Origin: Geosiphon pyriformis uo1
Taxonomy: Eukaryota; Fungi; Glomeromycota
Assembly (NCBI GenBank): GCA_016748015.1
Contig: JAAOMT010000183.1
Span: 445,877 to 509,876 of the forward strand
DNA length: 64,000 nucleotides
Direction: 5' to 3'
Part shown: in pieces, positions 53,010 to 64,000 of the stretch
How positions within the stretch are numbered: the stretch's first letter is position 1
Layout of the letters: the number at the start of each line of letters is the position of its first letter
Notes under the pieces: model-generated
What the model saw: the letters and a program-made list of their open reading frames with translations, nothing else
Database searches by the model: none
What the model was told of the DNA's origin: nothing
Made by a program: the position numbers and the translations under genes

Positions 53010-53439
53010 TTGCTCTAGCTATTCTGGTTGTAACAAATAATATTCATTCCATCCATAAATTATTTGTGACATAATATCCACATATCTACATAATTGTGGA
53101 AAGTCTGGAATGGTGCTTGGTAGTTAATCCTCAATTTCAGTGGTCAAATATCCAAGAGTGGTTTCTTTCAGTATCTTTACAATATTTTTTGTATTGTTGT
53201 AAATGAGAATTTTGATATGGTTGTGGTTCTTGGCTGGTATGTGTAGATTGATAAGTCCAACTTTTCCTGTTTCACAAAGGCTTGTTTCTGCTTCAAAAAT
53301 TTGTGCCTAATCCTTTATCTTTCTTTCTATTGTTAACATGTACTGGTCATATGGTGGAATAAAAATTGCTTAACCTGTTGAAATAATTTCTCCTTGGCCA
53401 ATAATTTCTTCCTTTGCCATATTAACTGATATATCTATT

Positions 53440-53833
53440 CTACTCATAAATCCGAATTTATTTATCCCTTTAGCTGTAATCCCTAATTCTTCCTTATTTT
53501 CCACTGAAACTAACTAAGCTATTTTAACCAAAGGCAGGAATATTGCCTGTGCTATCTTCTCATTTGGCTCTATAATATAGGCTTTTTTAAAGTTATTTTG
53601 TAGCATGGCAATGATATTTCCTACATATCCCACATCAATTATTCCTTCTCTTATATTAATCTCTTTTTTGCTAAACTACTCTTAGATGCTAGTTGAACCA
53701 TGGTTGTTGCTGGAATTTCCAGTGCTACTTTCAGATCAATGCAAGTGTGCAAATGTGGTTCCAATTTGATGGTGTCTTTTTCAGGATATTTCAGATCAAA
53801 TCCTGTGTCAGTATTATGCATGTATTCTGGCAT
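53440..53833 (-). pseudogene. Trimeric dUTPase domain in pol
   Basis: Motifs TGFDL, ASKSS, GIIDVGYVG, KIAQ and KG..KFGF. Confidence 0.88.
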
Positions 53834-55099
53834 GATACCTTCATTATTGTCACTAAACTATTTAAGTTCCTGTTTCTTGGCAAGGTCAGGGAGTGCAATA
53901 TATTGTTCATAGTCTGGATCAGAGTTTAAATCTGAGTTGGAATCATTGTCATTGTTATTGCCATATTAGATGAAGCTGGAACTGGTGTTTTTGTCATCAT
54001 CATTGTCAGAGTTTAAATCAGAATTAAAAATTGATTCCAATTCTGATGCACAGCTGCTGATTGGTTTCTCTTCCTTTGGGATTGTGTAGATCATGTGTGG
54101 TGGCGGATTGTAAATGAGATCACACTCATTACAATATTGGAAGTCACATGGAATCAAACAGTAGTCACATAGTCAAGTGTTTATTTTTTTCAACTATTGC
54201 TCTTGTTTTTTTCGAGTAAGTACCAACTGTTGATAGTGCTCATGGAATTCTTCTGGATTGTCCTCAATGTTGCCAAATACGTCAAATATTAGAACATATT
54301 CAAGTTCAGACAGAGATAGAGGATTGTTTTTGATTTCTAGTAGTTTACTAGTTGTCACACCTTCTGCTTTTACACTTGCCATTCTCCAGAGTTCATGTTC
54401 ATTGTGTGGATATCTTTCCAATCATCATAATGCTTGTTTCCAGGCATTGTTGATTGGTGTTTCCTTGTGTACCCAGTCATTGATTAGTATTGTATACTGG
54501 CAGGTTTTATTGCATATTCCTCCTCTTCCAGAAATGTCATTCCATATTCTTTTGTCAAGAAGAGTTTCTCCACATGCTAAACATGATGTATTATCTCATT
54601 TTCCCACTTGTTTTGGTCTTCCAAAGCATTTGACGAGGCATGCGTGGCAATAGAACTTAATTGCCATCTGGTATTTTTTATTATCACCATAGCAGACACT
54701 CATTAACGACAATTTTTTGCCACAATTGACGCATATGAGCTTTGGTCAGCGATAGCTCAATAATTGTGGTGGTGTATATGTATAAGAGATGTAATTGGCA
54801 GTTGGTAGTGGCTTCTCTTCCTTTGCTTTTCCTTTTCCTTTTTCTCTCTTATCTCATTCCCAAATTGGTGGTTTTTTTAAGTCATGGTTAGTGTCCCAGG
54901 CTTGGTCTGCATTCCAGGTAGGTTCTATTCTCTTCTGTTTTTCTTTGCCATTGTTATCCCATGAGAGTATTGGTGGTAGCTCATTGTGTTTTTCATTGGC
55001 CTACAAGACTTGATATGTTTTCCAGATAGGTTTTGGTTTTTCTTTTTCAAAGTCAATTAGTGGTGCTGTGGTGTTGGTAACTTTGAAGTGACCACACAT

Positions 55100-55490
55100 T
55101 GCTGGTACTCGCGTGTGTTGACCATTCTGGCTGAGTACTAGTTCTTGAGTTATCCAATCAAGCACAGTGTTGGTTTTGGATAACCAGTTATTACCAATTA
55201 AAGCTTGGTATTGGGTGGCTTTCATTACCAGAACTTTGATGGGTACTACGATGCCATTGACTTCAATTGAAAAGTTATTGATTTCGCCAATTGGGGTTTT
55301 GGTGGCTCCATCCGTGGTGATAATTCTGGCACTGACAGTGCAATCAACTCAGTGACCTAATTAATTCATGAATTGTCATGTGATGATGCTGCCTGCTGAA
55401 CCACTGTCAAGGATTAATTTGATGAAGTGGCCATTGACCTTGATGTCAGTGTACATAGCCATGATCGGTTTCTCTTCAAGTACTGCTCTA
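55100..55490 (-). pseudogene. Retropepsin aspartic protease
   Basis: IKLILDSGSAGSII; ALIGNNWL. Confidence 0.85.
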
Positions 55491-56049
55491 TTGAATAATG
55501 ACATATCTGATGGTTTCTCAAGTTTGAATGGGAAGATGGCATCCAAAGATTTATTTTCGGTGATTGTAGCAGGTGGGATATTATTGGTAGGTGGTTGTTG
55601 TTGTTCAATTCCCTGATTGCTGGAGGTGACATCTTCTGGAGTTACCAGAAGGCTTAAATAGTATTGGGAATTTGGGTTCTGGGTGTAACTGGTGCCCGAA
55701 TTACAAGATTGTGACCTTGATGGTAGGGTTAATAAGCTGGGGATTGGTTGGTGGACAACTATTACCGATCTCCAGTTTTGGGCAACTCTTGATCTGGGGT
55801 TTTCTGATGTCATCTGAGCAGGATTTGCTGGTGGTGTTTGAATAGTGGGTGTTTAATAGATTACTGGTGGCTGTGGTTGATATATTACTTGTGGCTACAC
55901 CTGATAAATTGCTTGTGGTGGCAGTTGATAAATTGGTTGGTGTGTTATAGGCAGATAAGTAGGTTGGTATTAGTCTTGATTCAAGTGATAGTTCAGAGTC
56001 TGGAACTGGCAATCAGGATTTCTATATTGATTTCCTGATCATGAATTGC

Positions 56050-57829
56050 TATAAGTATGGCAGTTGGCTCTGATATGTTCTTGTTTACCACAGTTGTAGC
56101 AAACATGTGTTTCTGGCTGCCATGACTAATTGGATGATGACAATGGACATGACTGATTTTGGAAACAATTTGCATTTCCCTAATTGTTATGCCATTGAGA
56201 AAGCTAATAAATCATGCAATTGTTAGCTAAGTATCTCTCTAATTTCTGATTAATTGAATTACTGAATTGCTTCAATTTGGAATCCAATTCAGATGATCCA
56301 TTTATTGCTAGATTCACAGCTTGAGCATGATTAGCTTCTAGTTTAGTTGCTTCAAAATCTCTGGCATATGTAACTGTGGTTGGAAGGTCCATTGGGTGCA
56401 TTGAACATACTTGTTGTAGGATGTTACTGTGCAATTCTCTAATAAATTGATTTAAAATCTGTGGTGTTATGAAATAGTTGGCTTGGATGGCTTGTATTTG
56501 GTGTAAATTTTTATGAAAGCATCTCAAATAGATAGTGACTGCTTCAGTGTCTCCTTGTTTGATTGTTGTAAAGGTGTTGGCTAATTTGTTGATACTATTA
56601 TTGTTGCTAAAGTACTGCAAAAATTCAGTTTTGAATTCATTAAAATTTTGGGGTTTGACAGCAAAACTTTGATATCATACATCAGCAGTATCCTGGAGAA
56701 AGTAAGGGATCACTTGCATCACTTTAGCATCATCCCAATTATTGGCTGTAATGGCTTTGGCTATGTCATTTAACCAGACTTGGGCATTGTCTTCTTCACC
56801 ATTGAATTTGTCGAGTTTCGTGATGAGTGCGTAAGCCATTTGTTGTTGCTGTGGTGGTGGAAGTTGTTGTTGTTGTTGAGGCAGTACTGGTGGTGGTTGT
56901 TGTTGGTTCTGTGATTGAATGGGCTGGCCAATTGGTTCAACAGGTGGTTGATCAATAATGATAACTGGAGGTAAGTATTGATTAATTACTTCAGAGTTTG
57001 GATTGTTTTGATTTGGTAGTGTTTGAATATTCAGAGTGTTGTTTTCTTGATTGTCTAAATTTGGCTGGATTTGAAAGTTCGGAGTTTCACTTTCTGGGTT
57101 TTTTAGAATTGGGTTTTGGTAAGTAAATTTGTGATCCTCAGATTTTTTTTCTTCTTTTACTTTTTGTCCTCCTTCTGATTCAGTAATTTCCCACAGACTT
57201 GTGATTCCGAAATTCAGTTGAGATGGCGGTAATCAAAATCCTGATGGCATCGGTGATTGAGATTTAAATTCTTCAAAATACTTGCCATATGGTTCTAATA
57301 AATTCTTTTTTCTTTGTTTACTTTGAAATGGGAAATGTCTAAATATTGATGTCATGTTTGATGTGAATGCGTCTGTTAATGATATATTGATGGCACTTCC
57401 AGGAGTATAGTGGTAGGATGGGTTGTTTGGAGACTCAACTTTAGTTTTCTTCCAAGTGGATGGTTGTATTCTTTGAAGTGTTACTGCTGGTGTTTGTAGT
57501 TTTCCTTTGTCTTTATTTGTGTAAGTAATTGGGTATTTTTGCTGTGTGTGGTGTTCAATTTCTTTGTTGATCTCAGTAATGATGGATGCAAAATTATGAT
57601 TTGTGGGTAGGCTAGTATTTTGAATTAATTCATTGTAAAAAGTTTCTCTTGCTGATTTAATATTCACGGATGTTCCCAACAGATAGGCAATTCTTTCATT
57701 GACATAGAAATTGAAAGCTGATTCTGCTGATATGTGATTATGAATTAATCCCAAATGTTGACAGTAATGTTAAAATAAGGATTTTGCAAATCCTAGATGG
57801 TTTGCTCTGACGTTTTCTGATTCTGCCAC
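56050..57829 (-). pseudogene. gag with long N-terminal extension
   Basis: Begins GTG GCA GAA. Capsid-like core MAYALITKLDKF..WL..ILNQFI; CYNCGKQEHIRANC knuckle. Confidence 0.82.
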
Positions 57830-58751
57830 TTTTGGATGGAGTTGTTGGTGCTGGTTCTTTGTAGAATTATACCTTACAGGGAGCACCAAATGTTACAAGT
57901 GATTATTTGGAATGTTAAATCAAATAACAAACTTGTAACTTAGTGCTAAAAGTTATTCACATTGATGTTATTAATCTGAAGATTTTGTATTTGAAGGTTT
58001 TGTATCTGAAAGTTTCAGGTTGAGTTTTTTGTATAATGAACAGAGATTCAATAGTTGTTTTATTCATAGCTTCCCAGAATCGCAATTCTGTCAATTTTTC
58101 TCTTGGCATGATGGCCAGCAATCCTCTGGTAAGTATTCTGTATCTTCTGTATGTGTCCTACCCTCTCACAGAGGTCTTTTACCAGGCAATCTTTGATGTC
58201 AGTAATCTAGCACTTTATTCAACCAATTAGTGCACAACAATAAAATCAAAATAAAATAAAGAAAAGAAATAAAAGAAAATCATAAATAAGCCAAGGCAAT
58301 TTTGCAAGTTAGTATCTCATCAATAGCCATGATTAAGAGCTATTGTTCCAGTGTGGTTAAGTATCAATTACTATCAACATGGAGTGTTAATAGTAGAATT
58401 TAGGTTTAAGATACCAAATAGTTATTTATTGTGTTTGGAAGGTTGTCTAGATGAAATCTAAACTTGATGGTCTGTCTTTTTAGCTTCTAATTTTACTGCT
58501 ATATATACATAATTGAGATTCCTCAATTCCTCAATTCTTTACAACAGGAATTCTGAAATTTCTGGAATCTTGCAATTTCTTTAAGAGGAATCCTGGAATT
58601 CTGGAATCCTGTGATTCCTTGTGAGAATCCTGTAATTTCTGGAATCCTGCAATTCTTAAGAGGAATCCTAGAATTCCACATTTTACTATGTCTACTTCTG
58701 ATTGGCTAATAACTATGCTAATATATATTCCCTATATTTCTATGAGTAACA

Positions 58752-61700
58752 ATATGAATAATCATCACTGATGAGACAACAAAGACTCCAATAGGCAAAA
58801 TTGACAACTTTTCTTTTGAAGTCAGTGGTATTATTACACCAATCAAAGTTCTCATTATGAAAGCCACCTAGTATTAAGCACTAGTTGATAATGACTAACA
58901 GTTCAAGACCAACACTGTGCTTAATTGGAACACCCAAGAATTACAATTCAGCCAGAATAGTTAACACACTTGAGTACCAGCAACTTGCAATTATTTCAGG
59001 ACCACCACCAATAAATAGCCACTAATAGAGTTAGAGGAAAAAGAGAAAAAACTCATCTGGGAAGCTTACCAAGTCTTGTGAGCTAATACTGATTACAATA
59101 ATCTATTACCAGTACCTACATAAAAAGAAAAAGGAAAAGGGAAAGAAAAAAAAGAAGAAGAAACTCAAGCCACCATCTCTAGTTCGACAACATACTCCAC
59201 TATCACTCAATCACAGCCAAACTATTATTGACCCAAGCTAATTTGCATTGATTGTGGCAAAAAATTGTCAACAATAGGCACATGTTGTGGTAATAATAAG
59301 GACTGGTCAACAGCCACAAAATATTATTGTCACCTATGCATTCTTAAACAATTTGGACAACCTAAGTAACAAAAAAAATGAGACAACAAACCATGCCTGG
59401 CTTGTGAAAAAACTTTTTTTGACAAAAGAATATGGAATAACATTCCTGAAAAAAGAAAAACATGTGACAAATCATGCCAATACATAATTCTAATTAGCAA
59501 TTGAGTATGCAAAAGAACATCAATAGATGCTGCCTGAAGAAGAGCAGTAAAATGCTTAGATGATTGTCTACATAATAATAATGAAATTTGGTAAATAGCT
59601 CTCACCAAAATCAAAGGCATGTCAAAAAAAGAAATAAAAGAAATAAAAAATAACCTGCCAGAATTTATAAAACTTAATTGGACTTCAAACCCCAATATCA
59701 TCTTTGACACTATGAACTCAGAACAATTCCACAAATATTATTAGGACTTAGCACTTACTAGAGAAGAGCAAAAGCAATATTTAGAACAACTAAACACCCA
59801 ATTATGTGACCACTGTTTGATTCCATATGACTTTCAATATTGTAATAAGTGTAATCTTATTTATAATCCACTACCATGTATGATATACATGATCTCAGAG
59901 GAAAAAAAACCAATTAGCAACTGTGCATTAAAATCAGAATTAATGTTCAACTCTGGTTCAAACTCCAACAACAATGACAACAAAAACAATAAGTCCAGTT
60001 CCATTCAAAATTGTCATGAAAATAACAATAATTTGGACTCAAATTCAAATCCAAAACAATATATCATGCTTTTTAACCTTACCAAAGAGCAGAAATTTAA
60101 ATGGTTTAGCAATAATAATGAAGGTATTATGCCAAAACACACACATGATACCAATACAGGATTTGATCTGAGATATCCAAGAAAAGAGGTCATCAAATTG
60201 GAACTATATTTGCACATATGTATTAACCTGAAAGTAGCATTAGAAATTCTAACAAAAACAATAGTTCAGTTAGCATCTAAAAGTAGTTTAGCAAAAAAAG
60301 AGATTAACATTAAAAAAGGAATAATTGACACAGAATATGTAGAAAATATTATTACAATACTACAAAATGATTTAGAAAAAACTTATATTATAGAGCCAAA
60401 TGAAAAGATAACACAGGCAATATTTTTTACTTCTGGTTAAAATAGCTCAATTAGTATCAATAGAAGATAAGGAAGAATTAGGAATTACAGCTAAAGGGAT
60501 AAATGAATTCGAATTTATGAGTAGAATAGATGTATCAGTCAATATAACAGAAGAAAAGATTATTGACAAGAAAAAAATTATCTTCATCCATCAATCAATT
60601 TCCATTCTGCCATATAACCAGTACATGTTAGTCATAGAAAAAAAAGTAAAAAATTAGGCCCAAATGTTTGAAGCAGAAGCTGCAATGTGTAAATCAGGAA
60701 AGATTGGACTCATCAATCTTTACATACCAGCCAAAAGCCCTAAACACATCAAGATTTCTATCTACAATACAACAAGAAATGTTATTGAAATACAAAAAGG
60801 AACCACCATCAGATATTTAAGCACTAAAGTTAAAAAACAACCACCAAATCCCATTCCAGACTTTTTACAACTGTGTAAATATATAGACATCACATTATAA
60901 ACAATATACGGACAAAAAGCATGTTATCTGCTCCAACCAAAACAATTGAAACAGATGAACTTGAGAAATTTAAACCCACTATAATGTATGCAGCTGAAGA
61001 TGTTACTCAACAACTTTAATAATATCTTTGCCAGTAAAAATAAATTTGGCAAAACTAACATAATCTAACATCAAATCAAAATTGAAAATGCCATGCCAAT
61101 CAAACAAAGAGTATACTGAGTACCATTAGCAAGCCATAAAATTATCCAACAAGAAATTAATCAAATGTTAAACAACAGGTTAATTCAACCATTAATGAGT
61201 CCATAGTTGTTGCCAGTAGTATTAATTCATAAAAAAAATAGAAAAATCTGCTTTTGTGTGAACTACTAAAAACTTAATAGAATAACAAAAAAAGATAGCT
61301 ACCTAACTCCAAAGATCCAAAAACTTTTCAATGCTTTTGGAAGAAAGAAATGGTTCTCAACTTTAGACTTAGACAGTGGTTACTGGCAAGTAGTTATAAA
61401 ATTAGAAGATAAGAAAAAAACAGCTTTTACAACCTGAGAAAAAAATTTTGAATTTGAAGTTATGTCTTTTGGCTTAATAAATGCTCCAGCCACATTTCAA
61501 TGGCTCATAGAGATTGTCTATACTAAACTATTGTGGAAATCAATAGTTATTTATTTAAATGACATCAATGTGTTTTCCAAGACATTTGATACTTATTTAT
61601 ACTATCTTCAACAAGTATTTAAAAGACTAAGAAAAGCCAGATTAAAGTTAAATGCCACCAAATATTTTTTTGGCAAAACAAAATTAAAATTCTTGGAATA

Positions 61701-62876
61701 TATTGTGAGCAAAGACAGAATTAAAACAGATCCAGACAAAATTGAGATAGTTAAAAACTTTCCAGTACTCACCAACTTGATTAAACTATAAGCATTTTTA
61801 GGGTTTACAAATTACTATTAGCACTTTATCAAAGACTTTTTCAAACTGACTTAGCCATTACACCAGCTCTAAACAAAGAACACCAAATATAAATGGACAG
61901 ATAACCAGCAAAAAACTTTTGATATATTAAGAAGAAAGCTTATTCAAGCTTCAATACTGATCTATTTAGATCATAGCAAGCCATTTATAATTACAACCAA
62001 TGCATCAGATCAAGCATTAGAAACTGTATTATCTTAGAAAAAACCAGATGGAAGAGAACACCCAGTAATATATGCTAGTTATAGCTTAAGTCCAATTAAA
62101 AAGAACTATAGAATTCTAGCATTAGAACACTTAGCAATCTATTGGGCAGTTATGAAATAGAAAAAATACTTAAACCAGAAATTTAACATATACACTAACC
62201 ATAAAAGATTGACTTCAATCCAGAAGTAAGAATTTGAAAATGATTACTATGCTAGATGAAAAATAGAACTTTCACTATTTAATTATACAGTATATTACAA
62301 AAAAGGAAAAAAAAATGAAAATACTAATAGTTTGTTGCAGATAAGACAAATTTAAGAACATTCCAATCCAAAAATATAACAAAAAATGAATACACAAAAA
62401 TATCAACAACTTTAACATTTTATAAATACTCAACAGTTTAAAGAAAAATTATCTCTAAAAAAACAAAACCATATCAAACAACAGTTCAAATATTTTATCA
62501 CTTACCAAAATATACTTTATTAGAAAAACAGAAAGAATTCAGATCAACCAACCAGAGTAATTACAGAACCAGAGAAAGAAACAATATTATTCAACATGCA
62601 CTCCAATCTAACAGCAAGACATTTTCACAAAGAAGCAACTATAGAAAGAATCAGAAAAAATACTATTGGCCATCAATATATCCAAACATCATCTAATATA
62701 TCCAAAATTGTGATGCTTGTTAGAGAAGAGGAGGAACAAAACCAAGCAAATCATTAAGATTAATTAAAGTAGGACAATTATTTGATTGTATTGAAATTGA
62801 CTTAGTTGAATCATTAACAATAATCAGCAAAAGAAACAGATATATTACAGTAGTTATAGATTATTTTACTAAATGG
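58752..62876 (+). pseudogene. Gypsy-B pol: PR tail, Cys-rich region, dUTPase (~60129-60530), RT, RNase H, integrase start
   Basis: Colinear with Gypsy-D: TGFDL and GIIDTEY, LDLDSGYWQ, YLND, YTNH, IDLV..IDYFTKW. Confidence 0.9.
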
Positions 62877-64000
62877 TGTTACTCATAAAAAAAAAACAAA
62901 TATAGGGAGAATAGTAGACCAATGAGTGAATAATATGTAGCATATGAGCATATTGCTCAGCAATATAGAGCAATGATAGAAATCACAGCACATTGCTCAG
63001 CAATATGGAGTGATATTAGAAAATTAGAGCACATTGTTCAGCAATGTGAACATTGCTCAAGAAATTATAGCACATCACTCAGGAATATGAGCGATCTCAT
63101 AGAACATTAATTATGTATATATAGCAGTAACGTTAGAAGTAGAAAAATAAGAAGAATTCTTTAGTTAGAAATCTTCTATTCACAAATATTAAATAAATAA
63201 ATCATTTACTATTCAAATCTACTCTCTACTATCAACACTTTATGTTGATAGCAATTGATACCTAATTATGCTGAAACAATAGCTCTTGATCATGGCTATT
63301 GATGAGATACTAATATGCATATTGCCTTGGCTCATTTCTTTATTTTTTTTATTTATTTCTTTTTTTAATTTTTACTGTTATATACTAACTGATTAAAGAT
63401 TAAAGCACTGAGTAATTGACATCATAGATAGTCTGATAAAAGACCCAGAAATAAGGGTAAAATTATATATATATTAATGGATAGCTTACCAGAAGGGCAC
63501 AACTGCCAGAATAAACTGGCCACCAAGCTGAAGACAGAAATTGGGAACACAACTTACCAACCAACTATATTAGCATTGAATCTCTGTTCATTATACAAAA
63601 GACTCAACTCTAAAACCTTCAGATACAACCAATATATTAGTATCATCAATATTGTCAAGATATTGAGCACCAAGTTACAAATTTGTTATTTGATTTGAGA
63701 TCTCAAATAATTATCTATAATATTTGGTGCTCTTTGTGAAATATAATCTTACAGAGAACAGCACCAACCATAATCATCCAAACAGTGGCAGAATCCAAAG
63801 AAATAGGAACAAACTATTTAGAATTTGCAAAATCTTTATTCCAATACTATCACACTCATCTCGGATTAACAAATAATAGTTGGCCAACCAAATCAGCTTT
63901 CAATTGCTATGTTAACAAAAGAATAGTATATCACTTGGGAGGCCAAAGAGATCCAGAATCCGCCTTCAACAACTTTTTCAATAAATTACTTCAAGCACCA
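62877..64000 (+). mobile_element. Gypsy-E: 5' LTR (62877-63722), PBS, gag start (63785), runs off the window
   Basis: TGTTAC after ATGG; TGGTGCTC at 63725; GTG GCA GAA TCC..EFAKSLFQ. Confidence 0.9.

Larger units (their letters stand above)
49530..58751 (-). mobile_element. Gypsy-D, two-LTR element (LTRs 57891-58751 and 49530-50375)
   Basis: Near-identical LTRs; PBS TGGTGCTCCCTG at 57888; PPT aaaaggaaagaa at ~50379-50390. Order is gag, PR, Cys-rich, dUTPase, RT, RH, IN, ORF3 (Ty3/Gypsy order). Confidence 0.95.

Noticed and set aside
55701-56012. Overlapping Ser/Thr-rich ORF at the gag-pol boundary
   Set aside because: Alternate frame of a low-complexity Q/P/Y repeat. No slippery site could be established in these decayed copies.
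57872-57888. tRNA gene
   Set aside because: Only the PBS is present; no cloverleaf.
58530-58678. Heat-shock elements in the GGAATTC arrays
   Set aside because: TTCnnGAA dyads occur, but the three-unit nGAAn spacing is mostly not met.

Overview
Eukaryotic, very AT-rich transposon graveyard. Only 1-396 looks like a host gene (a 3' coding end); everything else I can recognise is decayed mobile DNA. The repeat families resemble those I associate with Glomeromycotina (Geosiphon-like) fungi; this is inference and unverified. Left part (0.8-26.4 kb): two full-length ~6.9 kb non-LTR retrotransposons (ORF1 RRM+CCHC; ORF2 APE-RT-RNase H-Zn finger), two 5'-truncated copies and a solo LTR, apparently all inside an old TIR-bounded element. 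Right part (26.4-64 kb): a deep nest, LINE > Gypsy-C > Gypsy-F > Gypsy-B > Gypsy-D and Gypsy-E, plus a hAT element and solo LTRs. Matching 4-bp TSDs show the nest was split by an inversion near 36.6 kb. All copies are pseudogenised by C>T/G>A changes. The most unusual biology is the Ty3/Gypsy lineage itself: a conserved third ORF of unknown function abutting the PPT, a Cys-rich domain plus dUTPase between protease and RT, an apparent GUG gag start, a U5 hairpin that pairs with the PBS, and a central-YR target preference. Coordinates were read by eye; boundaries in decayed regions are approximate.
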